A DNA stretch of 64,000 nt from Candidatus Omnitrophota bacterium (GTDB taxonomy: Bacteria > Omnitrophota > Gorgyraeia > Zapsychrales > Zapsychraceae): positions 14,128 to 78,127 of the forward strand of contig JAHFGL010000003.1 of the NCBI GenBank assembly GCA_023247445.1, given 5' to 3'. Numbering within the stretch: the first letter of the stretch is position 1; every line of letters starts with the position of its first letter. Positions 38,973-47,900 of the stretch are shown one piece after another. The notes under the pieces were generated by a model. It saw only the letters and a list, made by a program, of their open reading frames with translations. It ran no database searches and was not told where the DNA came from. The position numbers and the translations under genes are program-made.

Positions 38973-39762
38973 AATTACCAGCCTCACTAATCCAAAAGTT
39001 AAAGAACTCGTTAAACTGCGCGAAGCGGCTCAGCGAAAGAAGTCGGGGGTCATTGTCGTTGAAGGATATCGTGAAATTGAGCGTGCTATTGAAGCGAAGG
39101 TGAACTTTAAGGAATTTTATATCTGTAAATATTTTGTTAAAACGTTAGCGCAAAAAGAAACGCTTAAGAAAATCATGGCGCTTAATGTCCCGATTTATGA
39201 GACAAGCAGCGAAGTGTATGAAAAAATTTCATATGGTGACCGCAATGAAGGATTGATGGCGATTGCTCAGCCAAAGTATTCATCATTCTTCGATTTGCCA
39301 TCGAAAGACGATTTGTTTATTCTGGTTATTGAGCAGGTTGAGAAGCCTGGAAATTTGGGCGCGATCCTGCGTACTGCTGATGGCGTGGGCGTTGATGGCA
39401 TCATCGTCTGTGATGCCAAAACGGATATTTATAATCCAAATGTGATTCGTTCAAGTTTGGGAACAATTTTTTCAACTAAAGTGGTTGTTAGTTCTGTTGC
39501 CCCAACTTTTGATTTCTTAAAGTCGAAGGGAGTCAAGATTTGTGCGACGAGTCCTGATGCCGATTTTATTTATTCCAAGGCTGATTTAAAAGCGCCGGTT
39601 GCCATTGTCGTTGGCAGTGAACAGGAGGGCTTAAGTCGATTTTGGTTAAGTAAAGCGGATTTAAAGGTAAGAATTCCAATGCGTGGGAAAGCTGATTCGC
39701 TTAATGTCTCGACATCAACGGCAATTTTGCTTTATGAAGCGCTGAGACAATCGTCATCCTGA
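38962..39762 (+). CDS. TrmH/SpoU family RNA methyltransferase
   Basis: EKPGNLGAILR, GSEQEG, SLNVS; stop codon lies inside REP copy 4. Confidence 0.9.
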   Translation: MLDKITSLTNPKVKELVKLREAAQRKKSGVIVVEGYREIERAIEAKVNFKEFYICKYFVKTLAQKETLKKIMALNVPIYETSSEVYEKISYGDRNEGLMAIAQPKYSSFFDLPSKDDLFILVIEQVEKPGNLGAILRTADGVGVDGIIVCDAKTDIYNPNVIRSSLGTIFSTKVVVSSVAPTFDFLKSKGVKICATSPDADFIYSKADLKAPVAIVVGSEQEGLSRFWLSKADLKVRIPMRGKADSLNVSTSTAILLYEALRQSSS

Positions 39763-39900
39763 AGGAGCAAAGCGTACTGACTTTTCCATAATTTATATTT
39801 AGATGAAGTCAGTACGTACCAACTTCCTCTAAAATATTAAAGGACAGTTGGTGCGACTGAAGGATCTCTTAAGAGATCCTTCGCTTACGCTCAGGATGAC
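39753..39900. repeat. REP-like palindrome copy 4 with nested 78-bp insert (39775-39852)
   Basis: gtcatcctga...tcaggatgac; GCG-flanked insert. Confidence 0.9.
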
Positions 39901-39929
39901 GAGAAATCATGCTATTTCTCGAAATTAAA

Positions 39930-40646
39930 ATGAAAACAAAAATTCGTCTACAAGTATTCTTGTCGCATAATGGTGTTTGTTCACGGCGAAAGGCCTTTGA
40001 TTTAATTCAAAGTGGCCAAGTCGCGGTTAATGGACGGATTGTTAAAGAACCATCAACGGCCATTGATGCTGATCGTGATGAAATTTACGTTGATGGCAGC
40101 GAAATAAAGTCTAAGGCCTTTGATTATATTTTATTAAATAAGCCTAAAGGCGTTACCACAACTAAGGCTGATCAGTTTGCCGAGAAGACAGTTCTGGAAT
40201 TATTGCCCAAAGAATTTCAGCATTTAGTCCCGGTTGGACGTTTGGATAAAGATACAGAAGGATTGCTCTTATTAACTAATGATGGTGATGTGGCGTATAA
40301 ACTAACGCATCCAAAATTTAATGTCGGCAAAACATATTTCGTTAGAGTACGATGGGAGTTAACAGAGGCTAAACGAAAAAAATTAGAGCAAGGTATTATC
40401 TTAGAAGGAACGAAAACATCGCCGGCAAAAGTTGAAGAGGTCAAATATACTAATGATCAGACGGAGTTTAACATCACGATTCATGAAGGCCGTAAGCGTC
40501 AGGTAAGACTTATGTGCGCCAAGGTTGGCCTGCCAGTTATTTATTTAAGACGTTTAACTCAAGGGCCGCTTGAGTTGGGAGATTTACAACTAGGGAAATA
40601 TCGAGCATTAACCAAGGATGAAATTGAAAGGCTTCGCAGTTTGTAA
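39930..40646 (+). CDS. S4-domain rRNA pseudouridine synthase (RluB/RsuA family)
   Basis: SRR, VGRLD.DTEGLLLLTNDG, EGRKRQVR. Confidence 0.9.
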   Translation: MKTKIRLQVFLSHNGVCSRRKAFDLIQSGQVAVNGRIVKEPSTAIDADRDEIYVDGSEIKSKAFDYILLNKPKGVTTTKADQFAEKTVLELLPKEFQHLVPVGRLDKDTEGLLLLTNDGDVAYKLTHPKFNVGKTYFVRVRWELTEAKRKKLEQGIILEGTKTSPAKVEEVKYTNDQTEFNITIHEGRKRQVRLMCAKVGLPVIYLRRLTQGPLELGDLQLGKYRALTKDEIERLRSL

Positions 40647-40655
40647 GATATAAAT

Positions 40656-42602
40656 ATGATTACGATAAATAATTTAACGATGGGATTTACCAACCGTACG
40701 CTCTTTAAGGATGTTACTTTTAGCATTTTTCCCAATGAAAAAATTGGTTTAACTGGACCCAACGGCGCGGGAAAGACAACACTCTTCTCTATTATATTAG
40801 GCGATATGCAGCCGATTTCGGGAAGTGTCGTTGTACAAAAGAATATCAGCATTGGATATTTACCGCAGGAGTCACGATTTGATTCGACGAAAACGGTGCT
40901 AGAAGAAATTACCGAGGGCGACGCGCGCATTCGAACGCTCATGGATGAGAAACGTAAACTCGAGGATGATAATAAAGCAGATTCGAATCGCTACGGCGAC
41001 GTTTTGCATGAGCTGGAACAACTGGGGATTTATGATATTGAACATAAGGCCGAAAAGATTTTGATGGGACTTGGATTTAAGACGACCGATTTTAATCGGC
41101 CGATTTCAAATTTAAGCGGCGGCTGGCAGATGCGCGCGCTTTTGGCGAAGCTTTTAACATATTCTTATGATTTACTTTTGCTCGATGAGCCTACAAACTA
41201 TTTGGATTTAAACGCGACGCTTTGGCTAAAAGGTTTTTTAGCCAACTATCCCGGCGCGTTTGTTCTTATCTCTCATGACCGCGTCTTTTTAAATGATGTC
41301 ACCAACTATACGATTATCTTAGAGCGCAATGGAATGACGAAGGTCAAAGGAAACTATGAAGAATATGAAATCCAAAAAGGTTTGACTGTTAAACATTTGG
41401 AACGTCAGCAAAAGGTTGTTGAGAAAAAGCGTGAACAACTGGAAAGGTTTGCTGAACGTTTTCATGCGCAGCCTAACAAAGCCTCAGCGGTGCGCAACAA
41501 ACGTAAACAATTGGAAAAGTTGGAAGAGATTGATCTGCCGCAACAGCAAAGAAGTATGGAGGCCTTTGAGTTTTCTAATATCCAACAAAGTGGATATGTG
41601 GTTGTCCATATGGAGAAGGTCAGTAAGAGTTATGTAGAGAAGAAAGTTTATCAGGATTTAGATTTTGAGATTATCCGTGGACAAAAGGTCTGTTTGGTTG
41701 GACCAAACGGCGCAGGAAAGTCTACTCTTCTTAAAATGCTCGCTGGTGCCATTGCCGCCGATAGCGGGACAATTAAATATGGCCACAAAGTTGATTTGGG
41801 ATATTTTTCACAATCACGAATGGATGTTTTAAGTCCGGAGAAAAATCCGCTGGAAGAAGTTTATTCGGCTGCCGAAGGCAAGGGCGTTCAAACGACACAA
41901 ATCCGTAGTCTCTTGGGACTTTTTAATTTTCATGGTGATGATGTATTTAAGCCGGTTAAGGTTCTTTCGGGAGGAGAAAAAAGCCGTTTGATCTTGGCCA
42001 AACTTTTGATTAATCCACCGAACTTTATGCTTTTAGACGAACCTACAACTCATCTTGATCTTGACGGCGTTCGCGCGCTAACGAGTGCTTTTCAATCTTT
42101 TGAAGGAACGATTTGTTTTATCAGTCACGATCTTTACTTTATTCGAGAGTTGGCGGACACAATTGTTGAAGTCGATAGTGGTCATATTAAAGTTTATTCA
42201 GGTGGACTGGAATATTATTTAGAGAAGCGAGAAGAAAAGGACGCCGAGCTTAAAGAACAAAAACGTCAGGAAAAGTTGGGGCAGCAAGAACAAAAGAAAC
42301 AAGAGCAGAAAAAACAAGAGAAAGACAATTCTCACCTGAGTCAATTACATAAACAGCATAACGAGGCGCTCAAACGCATCGGGCAGATTAAAAACGAAAT
42401 TAAAAGTTTGGAAGATGAGCAAAAAGAAATCGAGACGGAAAGTTATGTTAAGGCCCGCGCTTTGGCCAAGATGTATGAATCCAAAGACGGTGAGAAGATT
42501 AAGGAATATGGCAAGCGGCTCAAAGATATTCAAGCCCGCCAGCGCGAAATTGAGACGACGATAAAGAATTTAAGAGAAGAGCGCGACAGAATTAGTAAGT
42601 GA
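40656..42602 (+). CDS. ABC-F family ATPase
   Basis: Two GPNGAGK/LSGG/LDEPT cassettes, no TM, coiled-coil tail. Confidence 0.93.
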   Translation: MITINNLTMGFTNRTLFKDVTFSIFPNEKIGLTGPNGAGKTTLFSIILGDMQPISGSVVVQKNISIGYLPQESRFDSTKTVLEEITEGDARIRTLMDEKRKLEDDNKADSNRYGDVLHELEQLGIYDIEHKAEKILMGLGFKTTDFNRPISNLSGGWQMRALLAKLLTYSYDLLLLDEPTNYLDLNATLWLKGFLANYPGAFVLISHDRVFLNDVTNYTIILERNGMTKVKGNYEEYEIQKGLTVKHLERQQKVVEKKREQLERFAERFHAQPNKASAVRNKRKQLEKLEEIDLPQQQRSMEAFEFSNIQQSGYVVVHMEKVSKSYVEKKVYQDLDFEIIRGQKVCLVGPNGAGKSTLLKMLAGAIAADSGTIKYGHKVDLGYFSQSRMDVLSPEKNPLEEVYSAAEGKGVQTTQIRSLLGLFNFHGDDVFKPVKVLSGGEKSRLILAKLLINPPNFMLLDEPTTHLDLDGVRALTSAFQSFEGTICFISHDLYFIRELADTIVEVDSGHIKVYSGGLEYYLEKREEKDAELKEQKRQEKLGQQEQKKQEQKKQEKDNSHLSQLHKQHNEALKRIGQIKNEIKSLEDEQKEIETESYVKARALAKMYESKDGEKIKEYGKRLKDIQARQREIETTIKNLREERDRISK

Positions 42603-42612
42603 CCACGAAGTG

Positions 42613-42677
42613 GTCATCCTGAGGAACGCAGTGACGAAGGATCTCTTAAGAGATCCTTCGCTGGCGCTCAGGATTAC
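42613..42677. repeat. REP-like palindrome copy 5 (no insert)
   Basis: gtcatcctgag..cgaaggatctcttaagagatccttcg..ctcaggattac. Confidence 0.9.
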
Positions 42678-42700
42678 GGATGGTTTACAAATTAAGGAAT

Positions 42701-42955
42701 ATGCGACTAAAAATAGATTTACACGACATTTATTCCAGCAGCCGTGAGCTTGAGCGATCCTTAACGGATATCATGCAAGAGGCGCAAGATAAAAAAGCAG
42801 ATTTAATTGAGATCATTCCTGGTAAAGGTTCTGGTCAGCTCAAAAAATATGTCCTGCGATTTCTAGAAAAAGGGTACAAGAATGTTTATCATCGCATCGA
42901 GAAGGATGATAAAAATTGGGGCCGCATCTTTGTTCACTTTCGGTGGTCAAAGTAA
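42701..42955 (+). CDS. stand-alone Smr/MutS2 domain protein
   Basis: IDLH, IIPGKGSG.LK, NWG. Confidence 0.85.
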   Translation: MRLKIDLHDIYSSSRELERSLTDIMQEAQDKKADLIEIIPGKGSGQLKKYVLRFLEKGYKNVYHRIEKDDKNWGRIFVHFRWSK

Positions 42956-43018
42956 AACAAATTCTTGAAATATGATCAGTAATTCTTATGGTATACTATC
43001 CGCGAAAGGATAAAAATT

Positions 43019-43240
43019 ATGATCAAACAAGCCAAATATTCAGTTATTCAATCCACCAAAGATATTTTAGGTGGTGTACCTGTCTTTAAAGGCACGCGGG
43101 TTCCAATTAAAACACTTATTGATTACTTGGAACAGGGCGAGACCATTGAGGATTTTTTAGAGGGTTTTCCAACAGTTTCCAGAAAACAGGTGATTCATTT
43201 ATTAGAGGAAGCTAAGGAGAAAGTTCTTGCCGGGATTTAA
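43019..43240 (+). CDS. DUF433 antitoxin (VapB45-like)
   Basis: ILGGVPVFKGTRVP...FP. Confidence 0.9.
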   Translation: MIKQAKYSVIQSTKDILGGVPVFKGTRVPIKTLIDYLEQGETIEDFLEGFPTVSRKQVIHLLEEAKEKVLAGI

Positions 43241-43553
43241 GATACTTCTTGATGAATGTGTCGACCATCGGTTAGCTAAAACCATCTCCCACCATTCCGT
43301 TAAAACAGTTTTCGATATGGGTTGGTCTGGATTAAAAAATGGCGAATTGCTTACGAAGGCCCAAGAGCGATTTGATATTTTTCTTACAACGGATCGAAAT
43401 TTATCAACTCAGCAAAATCTTGTTCGCTATGATATTGCGATTTTAGTCCTTTGCGTACCTAGTAATACACTTGATGATCTCAAAGAAGTTTTGTCTAAAG
43501 GGCTTAAACAATTACATTTTCTGCAGAAAGGCAAAGCCACTTTCATCAAATGA
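43227..43553 (+). CDS. DUF5615 PIN-like toxin (VapC45-like)
   Basis: ILLDEC, GW.G.KNG.LL, LTTDRN...QQN. Confidence 0.85.
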   Translation: MPGFKILLDECVDHRLAKTISHHSVKTVFDMGWSGLKNGELLTKAQERFDIFLTTDRNLSTQQNLVRYDIAILVLCVPSNTLDDLKEVLSKGLKQLHFLQKGKATFIK

Positions 43554-43957
43554 AAAGATTAGTTAATTTGTTAATTGTAACGATTTTCTTCAGTGGCTGC
43601 TCGATTCTTGGCCACATGGATGAGCTGTTGACGTTAAAGGCTGTGGGCGATGAGCAGGCAGCAATGGATCGTGAAGTTGGACAGCAAAAGAAGAAGTTTG
43701 CGTTATTAGTTGAAGCCACGAAAAAAGATTCCTTCCTCAAAGATTATTCCACTAAAGACAAGATTAGACGACGATTCGGTGACCCAGTATTTACTCGGCC
43801 AGAAACTAAAGATGGTCAGGAGCTTGAGCTTTGGTTGTATCGTCACGGCACAAAGTTTTCTGAGGGAGATAAGGTTTATTTGTATTTTAACCCAACAGCA
43901 AATCTGATGAGTTGGGAATATGTCGAAGCTCCCAAAAAAGAAGCAGAGAGTAAATAG
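43550..43957 (+). CDS. lipoprotein (BamE/SmpA-like fold possible)
   Basis: FSGC lipobox; FGDP...WLY...LYF. Confidence 0.6.
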   Translation: MKRLVNLLIVTIFFSGCSILGHMDELLTLKAVGDEQAAMDREVGQQKKKFALLVEATKKDSFLKDYSTKDKIRRRFGDPVFTRPETKDGQELELWLYRHGTKFSEGDKVYLYFNPTANLMSWEYVEAPKKEAESK

Positions 43958-44666
43958 TTTCCTCCAAAGTGCTTACCAGAAATTATTTAAACATTTTGGT
44001 CCGCAACACTGGTGGCCTGGCGAAACCCCATTTGAAATAATTGTTGGCGCGATCCTTACCCAAAATACAAATTGGGGCAACGTTGAGAAAGCCATCCGCA
44101 ATTTAAAGCATGAAAAAGTTTTAACCCCGCAGGCGCTCCACCAAATTTCGCAATCCAAATTAGCTGCACTCATTAAACCCGCCGGATATTTCAACGTCAA
44201 AGCCAAACGCCTAAAGAATTTTATCGATTATTTATTTGCCGAATACGATGGAAGTTTAGCGAAGATGAAGAGGGAGAAACTTTCAACCTTACGCCTTAAA
44301 CTTTTAACCATTAACGGCATCGGTCCCGAAACAGCGGACTCGATTTTGTTGTACGCCTTTGCCAAACCGACATTCGTTGTCGATGCGTATACAAAACGTC
44401 TTTTATATCGGCACAATATTATTGAACACGATGCCACGTATCATGACGTTAAAGATTTATTTGAAACTTTTTTTAAGCACGATAGCAAATTTTTTAATGA
44501 ATACCATGCGTTGATTGTTCGTCTGGGAAAAGATTATTGTAAGACAAAAGCTCTCTGCCAGCTCTGTCCGCTGAATGATTTGGAATATTCCCTAATCCGC
44601 AAATGCCCCGACTGCCACCGCGCACTTACTCATAGTTCTCTTTCCCATTCTTGTGCTAAAAAATAG
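43920..44666 (+). CDS. HhH-GPD endonuclease III-related protein
   Basis: GPQHWWP, ILTQNT.W, GIGPETAD, VDAY. Confidence 0.88.
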   Translation: MSKLPKKKQRVNSFLQSAYQKLFKHFGPQHWWPGETPFEIIVGAILTQNTNWGNVEKAIRNLKHEKVLTPQALHQISQSKLAALIKPAGYFNVKAKRLKNFIDYLFAEYDGSLAKMKREKLSTLRLKLLTINGIGPETADSILLYAFAKPTFVVDAYTKRLLYRHNIIEHDATYHDVKDLFETFFKHDSKFFNEYHALIVRLGKDYCKTKALCQLCPLNDLEYSLIRKCPDCHRALTHSSLSHSCAKK

Positions 44667-44691
44667 TGTGAGTTAGTTATAACTATGTTGT

Positions 44692-44887
44692 CTGTGGTTT
44701 AGGCATATTATTACAGAGCGAGTTCCGCAGCTGATCGACTACAAAAATTTGGTTTAGCCATATGATCAGTCGCTCAAACATGCTCCCTTTGGTCGCAAAC
44801 TCGCTTTGTGATCATATGGCTAAACCATTGCGAAAAGTCGATCTCGCGAGGACTGTTTGAGCGAATAATAATATGCCTAAACCACAG
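44692..44887. mobile_element. 196-bp MITE-like or structured element with 22-bp perfect terminal IR and internal related IR
   Basis: ctgtggtttaggcatattatta / taataatatgcctaaaccacag; inner 19-bp IR 44750-44768 / 44809-44827. Confidence 0.6.
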
Positions 44888-44997
44888 GTCATTCTCCGTT
44901 TTTGCCCCTAAGTCACAACAGTAATTTTTTGGCATTTTCCCCAATCACATGGCATACTTTTGCCTATAAATCCTGTCTTTAGTAGTTAATTAATATT

Positions 44998-47900
44998 ATG
45001 TATATTTACAAGAAAAACCAAAACTCATGTGGTAGCCGCCGGCTTATTTCAACCGTCTTACTGATAGCCTTTGGATTGACCTCATTTTTGCCTCCCAATC
45101 TTAGCTGGGCGCAGGTTGTGCCCTTAACAGGACTCAATCTTCCTATTCCGGGAACGGTCATCAATTTAAGTCCCGCCTTTATTCCCGCGCATGTCACCGG
45201 CATTGCCATTCATCCCGACGATCCATTTAAATTCGATTTTATTATTGATACCGGTGATGATCATTTAGAAGGTGAGGCGTTTAAACAGGAATCGATGAAG
45301 CTGATTAAATATTTTATGGCCTCCCTAACGGTGCCGGAGAATCAGATGTGGGTTAATCTTTCGCCATATGAAAAGAATCGTATCATTGCGGATGGACTGG
45401 GGCAGACGGAGATGGGCCGCGACATGCTTGGCCAAGATTATATTTTGAAACAATTAACGGCATCTTTAATGTCACCTGAGAATGAATGGGGACAAAAGTT
45501 TTGGGATCGTGTTCATAAAGAAGTTAAAGAAAAATATGGCAACATTGATATTCCAACGGATACGTTTAACAAAATTTGGATTCTGCCGGATAAGGCGTCG
45601 GTTTATGTTCATGACAATCGCGCGTTTGTTGTTGAGAATCATTTAAAGGTGATGTTGGAGGAAGATTACGTGGCGCTTTCTAATAGTCATCCTGAAGGAG
45701 CGAATGCGACTGAAGGATCTCCGAAGAGATCCTTCGCATCAACTTTCCTTAATGGTTTTGAGAAGAAGTTGGTACGTACTGACTTCCTCCAAATTGAATT
45801 AAGGAAAAGTCAGTACGCTGCGCTCAGGATGACGGAGCCAATCAAAGAAATTTTAAAAGAAATTCTCCTTCCCGAAATCGAGAAGGAAGTTAACAACGGC
45901 AAGAATTTTGCCCAGCTGCGACAGATTTTTTATTCAATGATTTTAGCCACGTGGTATAAACAGAATTTGAAAAAGAGCTTGTTCACCAAAAATTACGCCA
46001 ATCAAAACAAGATTGAAGGAATCGACCTTCAAGATAAAAAAATCAGTGAGAAGATTTACAACCAATATTTAGAAGCCTTCCAAAAAGGTGTCTCCAATTT
46101 AATTAAAGAAGAGTATGATCCGCAAACTCAGGAAGTTATCCCGCGCAAATATTTCTCGGGAGGAGTTCAGGGAGTCGAAGACGCGGCGATCTTGACAAGT
46201 CTGCCTTCGAGTTGGATGGAAGCTCAAATAAATCGCGATCATGCGATGGTCACCGCCGGCATCGATCCTCTCGGCCCTCAAGCTTCCGATGAGGCGATGG
46301 TGACTTATGCCGAAGGAACAGATCAACAATACCTCAAGAGGCTGGATAAGATGTTTCGGGCAATTGCTGGTTCCGCCGATGTGGATGGTTCGGCTTATAA
46401 AGATTTTCAAAGAGGAGTTTCTCAATTAATAACAGATGGCGTGATCACGGGTTTAGTTGCAAGAAGGCAAGTTTGGGATTTTATGAAATCTGTGGCCCAA
46501 GGTGTTGCGTCAGGCGATCGGACAGAATTGCAACAACTGAGATTCCTCTTGAATTCTCCCGAGGAGATTACGTTATCTCATTTTATGAGAATAAGGATTC
46601 GAAAAGAAAAAACAAGTAAACGAATGATTAGAGTTGTTCAAAGAGTCCCTGGAATGCTTGCTCATTCCCAAGCGTTGTTGCAGGACATTGTGGGTAAAAT
46701 AAAACGTAATGAGCCGGTTAAAATATGTTTTGTCTGTAATATGAATGTTCACCGCAGTGCCGTCGCCCATGTCTTAGTAATGGATCAAGCTCAAAAATTA
46801 GGAAGGACCAATGTTGAGATTGTCTCTGGCGGGACATTTGATTCAAATGAACATTTAAATTCTAAATTAAGATCTGGATTCAAGAAAATTTTAGAGGCCA
46901 GGGGTGTTGACAGCGACATCATTAATCGATTTCGTACCAGAGATGTAACTAAAGAAGATTTAGAAGATTCTCAGTTAATTGTGATTGCAGAACCAATGAA
47001 CCTAGAGAGGTTGTCAGAGTTTGAAAATGAGGTTCCAGGGTTGTATGAGAAGATGATATTTTTTACATCGATTAATCCCGTCGTAGATGCCCAGCATCCG
47101 GATCATGTGATGCCAGATCCTTATGATTCAAGTAAGATATCAGCAGAAGGGTTGGTTGATTTAATAGAACAAGAAATAATTCCGCGGTTGTTTCCAACCG
47201 ACCCCGCCCTCCAGCCTTTGGCTGGAGAGGCCTCGGCATCCCGTAAGCGGGATGACCGGGCGATGTTGACTAAAACGGAACAAACTCCTCAAGCTCTGGT
47301 TGAAGATTTAAAACGCGCTGCTGCCGAGGATCCTGGCAATATTGTGGATGTTTTGTATGACCGTGGTTTTAGAAAACCGGATGAACCATTCAACGTGTAT
47401 CTTATGATAAAGAATCATAAAGGTCCGATCTTGGATATTAGAACTGGTGAGGAGTTGCAAAATTGGCCAGCCGAGCAGTTAGTCGGCCGTCAGTGGAGAA
47501 GGGCCGACGTTTATATTAGAAAAGATGACCCAAGAGGTTTGGGAGTTTTGGTGATCGATTCTGATAATATTTTGACCGCGCGCGAAAGTCATCAATTTAG
47601 AGAAAGAAATTGGCGGGATTTGGCTCAAAAAAGAGGACTGATTGTTTATACCGGAGTCAATGCCATCAATCGTGAGTTGATAACCGCGCATCGAATTTTA
47701 AAAGAAGACGGCACGATTGTTGAAAAGGAATATGGTGATTCACCGCCATTCGACTTAAAGGTCACAAAAGAGTCAATCCTGATACGTATTGGCGATGGTG
47801 TTTTTTTTATCGAGTTGGATGAGTCGATGCTGACATACTCTGAAGACCAATGGGATAAAGTCAATCAAACGTACGAGAGCCTTCGCAAATTAGCCCAGAG

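Noticed and set aside
44692-44887. Mini CRISPR array (similar ~19-nt arms with ~37-40 nt between them)
   Set aside because: Arms switch orientation halfway, the intervening sequences pair with each other, and there are no cas genes in the window
45686-45833. Intein or intron in the large gene
   Set aside because: No C-terminal HN splice motif or intron core; fully explained by the palindrome family
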